64,000 nt of DNA from an uncultured Bacteroidia bacterium (GTDB taxonomy: Bacteria > Bacteroidota > Bacteroidia > Bacteroidales > UBA932): the NCBI GenBank assembly GCA_902795735.1, contig CADBMD010000158.1, forward strand, positions 2,047 through 66,046, read 5' to 3'. Shown here piece after piece: positions 29,314-39,222 of this stretch. Made by a program: the position numbers and the translations under genes. A model generated the notes under the pieces. It searched no databases, had not been told where the DNA came from, and saw nothing but the letters and a program-made list of their open reading frames with translations. The stretch's first letter is position 1; each line of letters opens with the position of its first letter.

Positions 29314-30792
29314 TTATAATGTTACGCCGGACTTGAATATGGCGAGTTCGCGGATTCCGCTCAACTCGCTTTTCAGAGGCTCCCCTCCGGCAACGGCAAG
29401 CACACGTTCAACGAATCGGTTGAGGACTTCCTCCATCGATTCGCCTTGGACCAGGACTCCTGCATTGAAGTCTATCCATCCATGCTTATGCTCGAAGAGC
29501 CTTGTGTTGGTTGAGATTTTCATAGTCGGTACGAAACTCCCGAAAGGAGTTCCCCTTCCGGTCGTGAACAGCACAATCTGGCATCCGGACGCGGCCAGTG
29601 CAGTGGAGGCGACCAAATCGTTGCCGGGTGCGCTCAGCAGGTTCAGACCCTTGACAGAGAGTCTTTCCCCGTAGGAAAGAACACCTCTTACAATGCTTTT
29701 GCCGCATTTCTGGGTGCAGCCAAGCGACTTTTCCTCAAGGGTGGAGATTCCTCCTGCCTTGTTGCCGGGAGAAGGATTCTCATAGACCGGCTGGCCGTTC
29801 TTCATGAAATAAGACTTAAAGTCGTTGATCAAGTGTACTGTCTTGCTGAAGGTTTCTTCATCCTGACACCTGTTCATGAGAATGGTCTCGGCTCCGAACA
29901 TTTCCGGAACTTCCGTCAAGACCGTAGTACCTCCCTGGGCAACTATCCAGTCAGAGAATTCTCCCAGAAGAGGATTGGCAGTGATGCCGCTAAGACCGTC
30001 AGAGCCTCCGCATTTGAGGCCGACTTTCAGTTCGCTGACAGGGACATCCGTACGTTCATCCTTCGAACACACGGAATAAATCTCCCGCAGAAGTCCAAGG
30101 CCGTACTCAACTTCATCCTCCACAGCCTGGGTCTTGAACATCCTGACCCTTGACTGATCCACTTGTCCGACCAGTTCCTTGAAAGCCTCCAGCTGGTTGT
30201 TCTCGCAACCGAGGCTTACGACCAGGACTCCGCCGGCATTGGGATGATGGACCATGTCCGCAAGGATCTTCCTGGTGTTCTCGTGGTCCTCTCCCAACTG
30301 CGAACAGCCGTAATTGTGAGGGAAGGCAACGACAGCATCGACATTCCCCCCGAGTCCGGAAATCTCCTCCTTGAACCTGGCCGCCATCTCCTGGCAAACG
30401 CCGTTGACACAGCCCACAGTTGGGATGATCCAGATCTGGTTCCGGATGCCGACGCTTCCATCGCCGCGGCGGAACCCGCGGAATGTCCTTTTTTCTTCCG
30501 CGGGCTCTATCTCCACCTTGGCAGGATCATAGGAATAATCCAGCAAGCCTTCCAGATTGGTCTTGACGCAGTTGTGGTCAATCCATTCCCCCGCTTCGAC
30601 CGGTCTTGTGACATGACCTATGGGACTGCCGTATTTTATCACGTTTTGTCCACTTGCAAGCGGAACCAGGACAATTTTGTGTCCCTGAGGGACATCTGTC
30701 TTGAGAGCCACCCCTTCGACAAGCATTCCTGCCTTGAGGTCCCTCAAGGCAACCGCCACGTTATCCGCCGGATTTATCCTTATGTAGTCCAT
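29314..30792 (-). CDS. uxaA: Altronate dehydratase
   Basis: N-terminal SAF domain (DNVAVAL..GHK), plus PTVGCVN, HNYGCSQ, LKCGGSDG, NPSPGNKAGG and FTTGRGTP. Confidence 0.93.
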   Translation of the reverse strand: MDYIRINPADNVAVALRDLKAGMLVEGVALKTDVPQGHKIVLVPLASGQNVIKYGSPIGHVTRPVEAGEWIDHNCVKTNLEGLLDYSYDPAKVEIEPAEEKRTFRGFRRGDGSVGIRNQIWIIPTVGCVNGVCQEMAARFKEEISGLGGNVDAVVAFPHNYGCSQLGEDHENTRKILADMVHHPNAGGVLVVSLGCENNQLEAFKELVGQVDQSRVRMFKTQAVEDEVEYGLGLLREIYSVCSKDERTDVPVSELKVGLKCGGSDGLSGITANPLLGEFSDWIVAQGGTTVLTEVPEMFGAETILMNRCQDEETFSKTVHLINDFKSYFMKNGQPVYENPSPGNKAGGISTLEEKSLGCTQKCGKSIVRGVLSYGERLSVKGLNLLSAPGNDLVASTALAASGCQIVLFTTGRGTPFGSFVPTMKISTNTRLFEHKHGWIDFNAGVLVQGESMEEVLNRFVERVLAVAGGEPLKSELSGIRELAIFKSGVTL

Positions 30793-30793
30793 A

Positions 30794-32209
30794 CTAGAAA
30801 TTGAAATAATTCTTTGCGTTGTTATAGCTGATGTCCTCGACCATCTTCCCGATGAAATCGATCTCGGACGCAGGCAGTTTCCCTCTTTCCACATCCAGTC
30901 CGATCACATCGCACAGGATCCTGCGGAAATACTCGTGACGAGGATAGCTTATGAAACTGCGTGAGTCAGTGAGCATACCGACAAAGCGGCTGAGGAGACC
31001 GAGTGCAGAGAGAGAATCAAGCTGCCGCCTCATTCCCTTCTCCTGGTCGAGGAACCACCAGCCGGAACCGAACTGCATCTTGCCCGGGAAAGTTCCGTCA
31101 TTGAAGGTGTAAGCCATGGTCATCATGACAGGATTGTCCTTGGGATTAAGGCAGTAAAGGATGGTTTTCGCGAGTTTGCCTTCGACTGTGAGCCTGTCGA
31201 AGAAACGGTGTCCTGCAAGAGCCGTCGGAAGGTCGTGGATGGCATCGTAGCCAGTGTCGGCCCCGACCATGGCGTACATCTTGGAGTTGTTGTCACGGAT
31301 GGCTCCGACATGGAACTGCTGTGCCCAGCCCGCTTCCGCATCCATGACTGCCATGTCGTGCAGGAACGCACTGCGGAACTTTTCGAGTTCCCTCGGCCCC
31401 GGAGCCATTCCAAGCAGAGTCTTCTTGAATATCAACTCTATCTCCATGGTCGTGTAGTCAGTGGCATAGAATGTCTCAAGGCCATGGTCGGAAAGCTTGC
31501 AGCCCATCGAGCCAAAGAAATCATGACGTTTCTTCAATGCTTCCAGAAGGTCGGTGTAGGAATCGATGTTCTTGTCAGCTGCCTCTCCGAGCCTCTTGAT
31601 GTAGGCCTTGTAGGTCTTGGGATTCTCAATGGCCATGGCCTTGTCGGGCCTCCAGGCAGGGATAACCTTGGTTCCGAAAGGATGCTCGGCTATCATCTTG
31701 TGCCAGCGCAGGTCATCCGCAGGATCATCGGTCGTGCAGACTACCTCCACTCCGAATTTCCTGATAAGGGCCTGTCCCCTGAATTCTTCAGTGGCAAGCT
31801 TGGCATTGCACTCTTCGAATATCTCCCTTGCCGTGGCAGGGCTAAGGAGCTTGTCAATGCCGAAAACACGGCTAAGCTCAAGGTGAGTCCAGTGATAAAG
31901 AGGATTCCTCATGGTGTACGGAACCGTTTCCGCCCATTTCTCGAAAGTCTCCCAGGAGGATTTGGTTCCTCCTGTGAGATATTCTTCCGAGACACCGTTC
32001 GCCCTCATCGCACGCCACTTGTAGTGGTCGCCATAGTGGCCGTCCACAAGCCAAAGCTGGGTGATGTCCCTGAACTGGATGTTCTCTGCTATCTGGCGTG
32101 GCACAAGGTGGCAGTGGTAATCGATGATAGGCATCTTGGCCGCATGCTCATGAAACAGCTTGTAGGATGTTTCATTGCTGAGCATGAATCTGTCGTTTAT
32201 GAAAGTCAT
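30794..32209 (-). CDS. uxaC: Uronate isomerase
   Basis: Motifs PIIDYHCHL, GDHYKWRAMR, NPLYHWTHLEL, GSGWWFLD and TDSRSFISYPRHEYFRR. Confidence 0.95.
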   Translation of the reverse strand: MTFINDRFMLSNETSYKLFHEHAAKMPIIDYHCHLVPRQIAENIQFRDITQLWLVDGHYGDHYKWRAMRANGVSEEYLTGGTKSSWETFEKWAETVPYTMRNPLYHWTHLELSRVFGIDKLLSPATAREIFEECNAKLATEEFRGQALIRKFGVEVVCTTDDPADDLRWHKMIAEHPFGTKVIPAWRPDKAMAIENPKTYKAYIKRLGEAADKNIDSYTDLLEALKKRHDFFGSMGCKLSDHGLETFYATDYTTMEIELIFKKTLLGMAPGPRELEKFRSAFLHDMAVMDAEAGWAQQFHVGAIRDNNSKMYAMVGADTGYDAIHDLPTALAGHRFFDRLTVEGKLAKTILYCLNPKDNPVMMTMAYTFNDGTFPGKMQFGSGWWFLDQEKGMRRQLDSLSALGLLSRFVGMLTDSRSFISYPRHEYFRRILCDVIGLDVERGKLPASEIDFIGKMVEDISYNNAKNYFNF

Positions 32210-32212
32210 GTT

Positions 32213-35200
32213 CTAATTCCTTTTCTTTGTGTAGCTTGGAGATGATGAATTCCAACGAGGGTCGCCGATGTCGGCCTTGCGCAGGTCGGCATTGACAAGC
32301 TTGAGGTCAAATTCGGCTGACGATGTGCAGGGATCGGCATCAAGCACGGCTCCGCCGTTTCCTGTCGCCACTTCAGCTGAAATGGCTCCGCCGAAGAAAC
32401 CTTCAGCAACATTGAAGAAGTAGTTGGATGACATTGTGGGAACCGTCGCCCCGGACTTGGCAAGGAGAGAACTCTCGCCTATGTTGAGGAACAGGTTCTT
32501 GGTCACCGTGTACTTCTCAGGATTGGCCGCACAGGAACGGATCCAAAGGAGGCCGTTGCCGGCATTGACCGAACATGCTGCAAAGGTGTTGTTGGAAATC
32601 GCTATGCTTCCCGCAATGTCCTTGTCGCAGCGGATGAAATCTCGCCCACCGTTGTAGAAAGTGTTCTTTGACACATTAATGGCGGTGTAGATTCCCTTGC
32701 GGATGTCTATCATTCCCTGGCCTGTCCCGAATTCATGGACGATGTTTTTCTGGAAGTCGAAGACCTCGATTTTCGAATCCGTTCCGTTGCCGTAGAATAC
32801 GCTCTTGTTGTAGCCGGCTATGTCACAATCGGAAATCGATATCTTGGTCATCTCGACAGCCTCGGCAATCTCGAAAGTATTGCCCATGGCTTTGTCTGTC
32901 CCGTTGAACTTGATTCCGCTGGCAGAGAACGAAGAAGTTCCAGCTCCGAACTTGAAGCCTCCGATTATCTCGACCGCTCCGTTCCCGGAAAGGGACAGAG
33001 GGGCGATCAGGGTAATGACTCCGCCATCCTGTACGGTACGAAGGTCATAGGAACCGCTCCTGAGCGTAATCCCAGCCTTTCCTGCATCGATTGCGTTCAA
33101 CAGAGCCTCGACATTCGAAACCGTGACCTCGCTGCTGACCCTGCCCGAATTGGAATTCCAACGTGCGGCTCCGACATTCGATGCAAGGCAAAGAGCATCG
33201 ACAAGGGTGTAGTCTCCGGCAGCTGCGTCCTTGACAGGATCGCTGGCAAGGATGACTCCTCCGCCTGCAAGAGCGACTTCCTGATTGATCAGGCCAGTCC
33301 AGAACTTCTCGGCGACACAATTGTAGAAATAGTTGTTCGCCATCGATGTAGGGACGGTGATGCCGGAAGCTTTAGAGAGCATGTTATTGTCTCCGTTCTC
33401 ATTGAGGAACAGGTTGTTCTTGACAACATAGCTTTCGGGAGTGGACCTCACGTAAAGTACACCGTTCCCGTTGTTGAGAGTGACTCCGTCAAAGGTATTG
33501 TTGATGATGTTCACGGCACCGCTGACGCGTCCTCCGTCGGCCCTTATGAAGTCACGTCCTCCGACCACGGTGTTGTTGTCGAAAGTGACGACGGTGTAGT
33601 CGCCTTTACGGATGTCTATCGTTCCCTGGCCGCCCCCGAGTCCGGAGAACACATTGCCGGAGAACACAAGTCCGCCAAAGCTGGAACCATCACCGTTGCC
33701 ATAGAAGATGCTCTTCCCGATGCCATCGACTTCGCAGTTGCGGAGAGTAAGGTTGTTGACCTTGGAAGCCGCACCGACATTCAGCAGGTTGTTGTTGCCG
33801 GAACCCTTGATTGAAAGGTTCTCGATGAGGATGTTTCCAAGCTCGCCTTCAGCCAGATTGAACTGGTTCACGGTCACGACCGCACCGGGTTCGCCGCTCA
33901 GGTGCATACCCGCCGTAAGAGTGACTGCGGCGGCCGAAAGGTCATATTCACCAGCAGCGAACTTGATGTCATTCTTGCCGGCATCTATGGCAGCCTGGAA
34001 TTCCTCGGCGGAAGAAACCGTGACGGTCTCTCCTTCTGAGACAGGGACTGCAGCAGGATTCCACTTGGGAGCACCGGCTCCGAGGCTCATCACCACGGCA
34101 TTGGTCAGGGTGTAGTCTCCGGAAGCTGCATCCTTGAATGGATCTGCGGAAAGGAGTACTCCGCCGCCGTCCACTGCAAGGTCTGCATCAATGCAGCCAG
34201 TGTAGAACTTTTCTCCGATGTTGAACCACACATTCCTCTTCATCACGGGCTTCATGGCAGCGGTCCTTCCGCTTACGGAATTGAGGATGTTTGCGAATAT
34301 GTTGTTGTTGACAACGTAGGTCGAAGGGGTTGCCCTTACGCAAAGGACTCCGCCGGCATTGCCGGAATCGTTGAGGTTATAGAGGGTGTTGGTCCTCACA
34401 TAGACCGCATCGATGGAGCAAGGAGCGTCGATCCTCAGGAAGTCGCGTCCTCCGGTGACGGTGGACTCTTCCAGGGTGAAGGTGCCGTAGGAACCGTTAC
34501 GCAGGTCGAACACACCCTGTCCTGTTCCGTGGTTCACGACCTCTACTCCGGAGAACAGGATGTCTCCCACTGAGAACTTGTCCGCCGTGTTGGAGGCATA
34601 GATCACGCTCTTCGCGAACCCGTCGATCACAGTGTTTTTGACCGAGATTTCAAGGGCGTTCACACCTTCGCTGTTGTCAAGTTCGATGAAGCATCCCTGT
34701 CCGTCTGCCTTGACAGTAAGGCTCTCGACCGCGAACGATCCGACCTCTCCGCTGAGCTTGAATGCTCCTGTGACTTCTGCTCCTGGCTGTCCGATGAGCT
34801 TGAGAGGAGCGGAAACCGTCATCTGGCCGCCCAGGGCATAGCTTCCCGAGGCAAGGGTTATCTCTTCCTTGCCGGCATCGATTGCAGCGAGAAGCTCGTC
34901 GGTACTCGTGACGACGAATGCCGATCCGCCTTCTCCGCCACCCCTTGGAAGAACGGCAAAGACCGCGACTCCTGCAGCCGACTCGGTGTTGTAGATGTCA
35001 GACGCAGCCGGGTTGGCATAGACCTCGACCTTGTAGCTTCCGGCATCGAGCATGCCTGTGGTTGTGCCGCCGATGACATATTCATTGCCTTCGCTGACAG
35101 GATAAGTCTTGCCGTTGAACACAATGGAATAGCTTCCGGCATTCTCCATCGCAGGCCAGCTGATGGTGATGTCTGCAGACTCGCCTGAAGAGATTGAAGA

Positions 35201-37366
35201 AGGAGAAGCCTTGGGTTCCGGAGTAGGAAGGGCTGTGTTGACCGGTGTCACATCGGTCGACCAGGCAAGCTGCTCGAGGCTGATGGGACCTGAAGGATAG
35301 ATGTACACCAGGCACTCTTCAGTGATACTGGTAATCAAAACCTTCTGGGCATTGTCCATGTCGGCCAGGGCAGAGACTCCGCCCTTGACAGTAACAGAAC
35401 TGCCACCCTCCTGGCCAACTCCGATGACGAAATGGTTGCCGTGACCTTCCGGATCGACAGCCTTGATGAGCAGAGAACCGGGTTTGTCAACCTTGAAGGC
35501 AAGGTAGCCGGCGGACGGCATTCCGTAGCGGTTGGTGACCGCAGCCTCAGAGAAAGCAAGGGTTCCATCACCTGCAGCAATGGCATTCTTCTCGGCTCCT
35601 GAGATGAAGAGACCGTCACGGACTATCTGTTTCTTGATGTTTCCGGAGAAATATTTGGCGTTGGAGAGATCCCAAGTCTTGTTGCCTGACAATGTGTTCA
35701 GGGTAAGGTCCTCGGGCTCTTCGACATAAGGAGTCCACCACTTGGATGCTCCGACATTGGCTCCGTTGATTTCAGAATCTGGAAGCAAGTTGAACATGCC
35801 TCCTGCCGCATTGAAGCAAGGATCCTCGGCCAAAGCAGAGAAAGAAGTCCTTCCTGCAGGCCATGAGTCGGTGAAATAAGTACCCACAAGGTTATAGTAC
35901 CAGTTGTTGGTTGCAGAGACTCCAAGGTCGTCGGCTGTCTTGTACTTGGCGTTGGCGCTTCCGAGGGTAGCCTTGTCGACCATGTTCAGGAAGAGGTTGT
36001 TCTTGAAGCTCATGGACCCAGGGGCAATCTGCAGTCCGAAGACACCTGCATTGTTGGCATTGTCGACGAAGCAGAGATTGGCCAGTGTGTTGTTTTCGAA
36101 AACCAGTGATCCGAGCGTACCTGCGTCAATGCGGACGAAGGTACGCATGCCTTGGTAGATCGTGCTGTTCACGAAAGAGAGCTTCCCGATGGTCGTCGCC
36201 TGGCGGATGTCGAAGACATCTCCACCGACGGTACCGTCAGCGTTGATGTTGCTGATTTCGCAGCTCTCATAGGTAATGTCTCCGAAAACCATGGGCTGTC
36301 CCCACTCGTACATCAAGCCCTTGGTGTAACCGGTGATTATGCAGTTCTTGTAAGTAAGGTTGCCGATCTCCTTTCCTCCAACCGTACCTCCGTTCTTGTT
36401 CTGGAAAGCAAATCCGAAGCCGGAAGGAGCAAGGGTCGTAGGTCTGCCGCTGAATTCGACGCCCTCGAAATAGAGGTCACTGCCGGAAGTCCAGTTGTCT
36501 GCGACATGGAATTCACCCGTAAGTACCGGCATGGAGCCGTCGGCGGCGCCTTCTCCCAGGATGGAGAATCCATTAGAGATGTCAAGAGCCTCGATGTCGT
36601 AAGGAGAACCTTCAAGGCCGAGAAGGATCTTGGCTCCAGGTGTCTTCACAGCGTTGAGCAAGGCGTCTAGGCTTGTGACCTTGGTGTAGCCGTTGACATC
36701 AGGGGTGGTCCAGGCATTGACCTGTCCACGGACCGCGCTCTTGTAGAAAAGGATGAATTCGTAGTTGGTAGAAGCTTCCAGACCATCTATAGTCGCTGCA
36801 CCTTCTGAGATTTCGCTGGCAGAAAGGGTGTGGGAACCACGGTCGTCAGAACCGGGGAAACCGTACTCGATCCTGTCAACTTCGTCTGAATCGGCGATCT
36901 CGGTCGACCAGGCCAGTGAGACAGTCTTGTCCGTCCTGGCGGAAACCTTCATATAAAGGTTATCCTTGACCGCATAGGTGCTGATGCCTTTGCCGAAGGC
37001 TGCAATATTGGAACCCTGCTTGCCGTCGGCAAGAGCTTGTACCGTGAAATAGAATGTCTTGTCGGCCTCCAGTTTCTTCTGGTAGGGAACTGCGGAAGGA
37101 GAAACGGTCTCCTGGAGGTACTGCTGGCTCATTGCCTTGTCGGTGTAAACGGTCAGCAGGTAGCTCTGGGCGTCCTTGGCAACATCCCAGGAGAATGTGA
37201 CGACATCTCCCAAGGAACTGTTGACGCGGGCATTCAGGCCTACGGGCTCAAGGCAACGTGAAAGGTTAAGCTCGGTGATCTCATCGAACTCATTATCCAC
37301 GCATCCGGCAAACCCGAGAGTCCCGAGAATGGCCAACGCCGCGAATATTCTGTTTATTGTTTTCAT
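32213..37366 (-). CDS. Giant surface lipoprotein: FN3 domains plus four DUF4957/DUF5123-like beta-helix modules (putative pectin-binding SGBP)
   Basis: Lipobox FAGC followed by VDNEFDE. N-terminal FN3-like domains. Four Asn-ladder modules, each ending DP...(DY/MF/DL)xL...G(A/D)xxW. Lies directly after susD. Confidence 0.72.
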   Translation of the reverse strand: MKTINRIFAALAILGTLGFAGCVDNEFDEITELNLSRCLEPVGLNARVNSSLGDVVTFSWDVAKDAQSYLLTVYTDKAMSQQYLQETVSPSAVPYQKKLEADKTFYFTVQALADGKQGSNIAAFGKGISTYAVKDNLYMKVSARTDKTVSLAWSTEIADSDEVDRIEYGFPGSDDRGSHTLSASEISEGAATIDGLEASTNYEFILFYKSAVRGQVNAWTTPDVNGYTKVTSLDALLNAVKTPGAKILLGLEGSPYDIEALDISNGFSILGEGAADGSMPVLTGEFHVADNWTSGSDLYFEGVEFSGRPTTLAPSGFGFAFQNKNGGTVGGKEIGNLTYKNCIITGYTKGLMYEWGQPMVFGDITYESCEISNINADGTVGGDVFDIRQATTIGKLSFVNSTIYQGMRTFVRIDAGTLGSLVFENNTLANLCFVDNANNAGVFGLQIAPGSMSFKNNLFLNMVDKATLGSANAKYKTADDLGVSATNNWYYNLVGTYFTDSWPAGRTSFSALAEDPCFNAAGGMFNLLPDSEINGANVGASKWWTPYVEEPEDLTLNTLSGNKTWDLSNAKYFSGNIKKQIVRDGLFISGAEKNAIAAGDGTLAFSEAAVTNRYGMPSAGYLAFKVDKPGSLLIKAVDPEGHGNHFVIGVGQEGGSSVTVKGGVSALADMDNAQKVLITSITEECLVYIYPSGPISLEQLAWSTDVTPVNTALPTPEPKASPSSISSGESADITISWPAMENAGSYSIVFNGKTYPVSEGNEYVIGGTTTGMLDAGSYKVEVYANPAASDIYNTESAAGVAVFAVLPRGGGEGGSAFVVTSTDELLAAIDAGKEEITLASGSYALGGQMTVSAPLKLIGQPGAEVTGAFKLSGEVGSFAVESLTVKADGQGCFIELDNSEGVNALEISVKNTVIDGFAKSVIYASNTADKFSVGDILFSGVEVVNHGTGQGVFDLRNGSYGTFTLEESTVTGGRDFLRIDAPCSIDAVYVRTNTLYNLNDSGNAGGVLCVRATPSTYVVNNNIFANILNSVSGRTAAMKPVMKRNVWFNIGEKFYTGCIDADLAVDGGGVLLSADPFKDAASGDYTLTNAVVMSLGAGAPKWNPAAVPVSEGETVTVSSAEEFQAAIDAGKNDIKFAAGEYDLSAAAVTLTAGMHLSGEPGAVVTVNQFNLAEGELGNILIENLSIKGSGNNNLLNVGAASKVNNLTLRNCEVDGIGKSIFYGNGDGSSFGGLVFSGNVFSGLGGGQGTIDIRKGDYTVVTFDNNTVVGGRDFIRADGGRVSGAVNIINNTFDGVTLNNGNGVLYVRSTPESYVVKNNLFLNENGDNNMLSKASGITVPTSMANNYFYNCVAEKFWTGLINQEVALAGGGVILASDPVKDAAAGDYTLVDALCLASNVGAARWNSNSGRVSSEVTVSNVEALLNAIDAGKAGITLRSGSYDLRTVQDGGVITLIAPLSLSGNGAVEIIGGFKFGAGTSSFSASGIKFNGTDKAMGNTFEIAEAVEMTKISISDCDIAGYNKSVFYGNGTDSKIEVFDFQKNIVHEFGTGQGMIDIRKGIYTAINVSKNTFYNGGRDFIRCDKDIAGSIAISNNTFAACSVNAGNGLLWIRSCAANPEKYTVTKNLFLNIGESSLLAKSGATVPTMSSNYFFNVAEGFFGGAISAEVATGNGGAVLDADPCTSSAEFDLKLVNADLRKADIGDPRWNSSSPSYTKKRN

Positions 37367-37383
37367 ATGCTTGATGTTCACTT

Positions 37384-39210
37384 CTAATAGTTATAGTCGT
37401 TGACCAGTTTACCCAGGCTGTTGTCAAGGATGTACTGGAAAATAGGCCAGAACATCCGCCTGTTCAAAGAGGTTTCATCAGGCTGCTCGAACAGGAGGGC
37501 TATGTCACCTTCCTTGAGTTTAGTGCTGCTGACGTAGCCGCTTTCCTTCTCCCAAGCGCCTTCGGGAGCAGCGACATCGTCTTTTCCGAGTCCATAGAGT
37601 TCCAGGGACTCTCCATCTTCAGCAAGCCTGTACCAGACATCACCGGTAAGGTAGGAATAATCGCCCTCACGGTTGGCCAGGTCAAGAAGGTCTGCCTTTT
37701 CCGCAGAAAGGGCAGGATAGAGCCTGTTCCAACGGATAAGGTCTGCTTTCCTGAGGAACTCACCACAGAACTCGAGGGCACGCTCGTCGGCGATAGCCTC
37801 GAAGATGGCATCCTTCCCGGAAAGGGCTTTGACATAAGCTTCCGCGATGCCCTCGTTGCCCTTGAAAGCACGTACACGGACCTGTGTAAGGCAATCCTTT
37901 GCATATGATTCCTCACCAAGCTCATTGGCAATCTCGGCAGCCATCAGAAGGACATCCGAATAGCGCATCACGACAGGCTTGATACCATCATCGTTTCCGC
38001 CTTTGTAAGGGATGTTGTTCATCCATTCGAAACGGTACTTGCCGAAATACCAGTTATTGATGCCGGCCAGAACGGTTCCTGTCTTGTCATGCTTGAAATT
38101 CACGCAAGTGATGTCGCGCCTTGTGTCCTTCGGGTCGTACTTGAACCAGAAGTTGGGAGTGGGACCTGCGACGCCTCCCTGGCTGTAGGTGTAGCCGAAG
38201 ATCGAGCCGTTGTCATTCTTGACTGCAAAGGTGTAGTTCCAGCGTCCGCGAGCCTTGGTGTCGGTGGCACCGAAGGGGATGTTGAATATGAATTCCTTTC
38301 CGGCGGTCAAGTCCATATCGTTGAATGAGCGCCAAAGTGTCTCATAGTCAGGGACAAGCGAGCATGTGCCGGAAGAAATGGCGTCTTTGAGGTGCGCCAG
38401 GGCCTTCGGATAAAGGACGCTCTTCTGGAGTTCGGGATCGCTTGAAAGACGCACAGTTCCAAGGTCGCCGGTGCCGACAGCTCCGTCATCGGGACGGATG
38501 GCATAACCAGACGCCGCAAGGGCGATACGTGCGTAGAGACCTTCTGCGAAAACCTTGTTGACCCTGTCAGTAGTGGCGGTGACCTTCTTTTCCAGAGGAT
38601 AAGGAAGATAATTCACAGCCTCATCCAGATCGGCAAGGATCTGCTTGAATATCTCATCACGGCTTGACTTCGCCACATAGAGGTTGTCTGAAGTCAGAGG
38701 TTCGAAACGGGCTGGGACATCTCCCCATGCCTTGGTCAGGTCATAATAGATCATGGCCCTGAGTGTCAATGCTTCACCAAGCAGGTAAGCCATGTCGGGG
38801 TCGTTCTCGACATTGCCGTACTTGCGAAGTCCTTCGATGGCCAGGTTGGCCCTCTCTACTCCGCTGTACATGTCTGCGAAAGGATTCCTGGAATCGTTGA
38901 GCTGCGTGTTGTTCACACGGACATCGTAGGAAGCGATCGCCGTCTTGGGAAGGTCATTGGCCTTGGGTGAATTGTACCACTCGATATCGGTGTTGAACCC
39001 GTACCAAGGCAGGAAACGGCCACGGTAGCTGTTCTGCTCACCAAAGGCGATATGGATCGAGAAGATGGTCTGTTCTGCAAGCGTATAGTTGGAATACACG
39101 GTCGCGTCATCGGAAGTTGAAGGAGAAGTCTGGTCCAGCAACTGGTCGCAGGACGAAAATGCCAGCGTTCCGACGAGAACTACACTGATGTAATATAGTA
39201 TCTTTTTCAT
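37384..39210 (-). CDS. susD: SusD/RagB lipoprotein
   Basis: Lipobox FSSCD, plus GEALTLRAMIYYDL..WGDVP, MRYSDVLLMAAE and ERALEFCGEFLRKADLIRW. Confidence 0.95.
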   Translation of the reverse strand: MKKILYYISVVLVGTLAFSSCDQLLDQTSPSTSDDATVYSNYTLAEQTIFSIHIAFGEQNSYRGRFLPWYGFNTDIEWYNSPKANDLPKTAIASYDVRVNNTQLNDSRNPFADMYSGVERANLAIEGLRKYGNVENDPDMAYLLGEALTLRAMIYYDLTKAWGDVPARFEPLTSDNLYVAKSSRDEIFKQILADLDEAVNYLPYPLEKKVTATTDRVNKVFAEGLYARIALAASGYAIRPDDGAVGTGDLGTVRLSSDPELQKSVLYPKALAHLKDAISSGTCSLVPDYETLWRSFNDMDLTAGKEFIFNIPFGATDTKARGRWNYTFAVKNDNGSIFGYTYSQGGVAGPTPNFWFKYDPKDTRRDITCVNFKHDKTGTVLAGINNWYFGKYRFEWMNNIPYKGGNDDGIKPVVMRYSDVLLMAAEIANELGEESYAKDCLTQVRVRAFKGNEGIAEAYVKALSGKDAIFEAIADERALEFCGEFLRKADLIRWNRLYPALSAEKADLLDLANREGDYSYLTGDVWYRLAEDGESLELYGLGKDDVAAPEGAWEKESGYVSSTKLKEGDIALLFEQPDETSLNRRMFWPIFQYILDNSLGKLVNDYNY

Positions 39211-39222
39211 CGTCTTTCGGTA

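Noticed and set aside
28225-29319. 364-aa plus-strand ORF
   Set aside because: Antisense shadow of uxaB.
31208-33814. 345-aa and 359-aa plus-strand ORFs
   Set aside because: Antisense shadows of uxaC and the giant lipoprotein gene.
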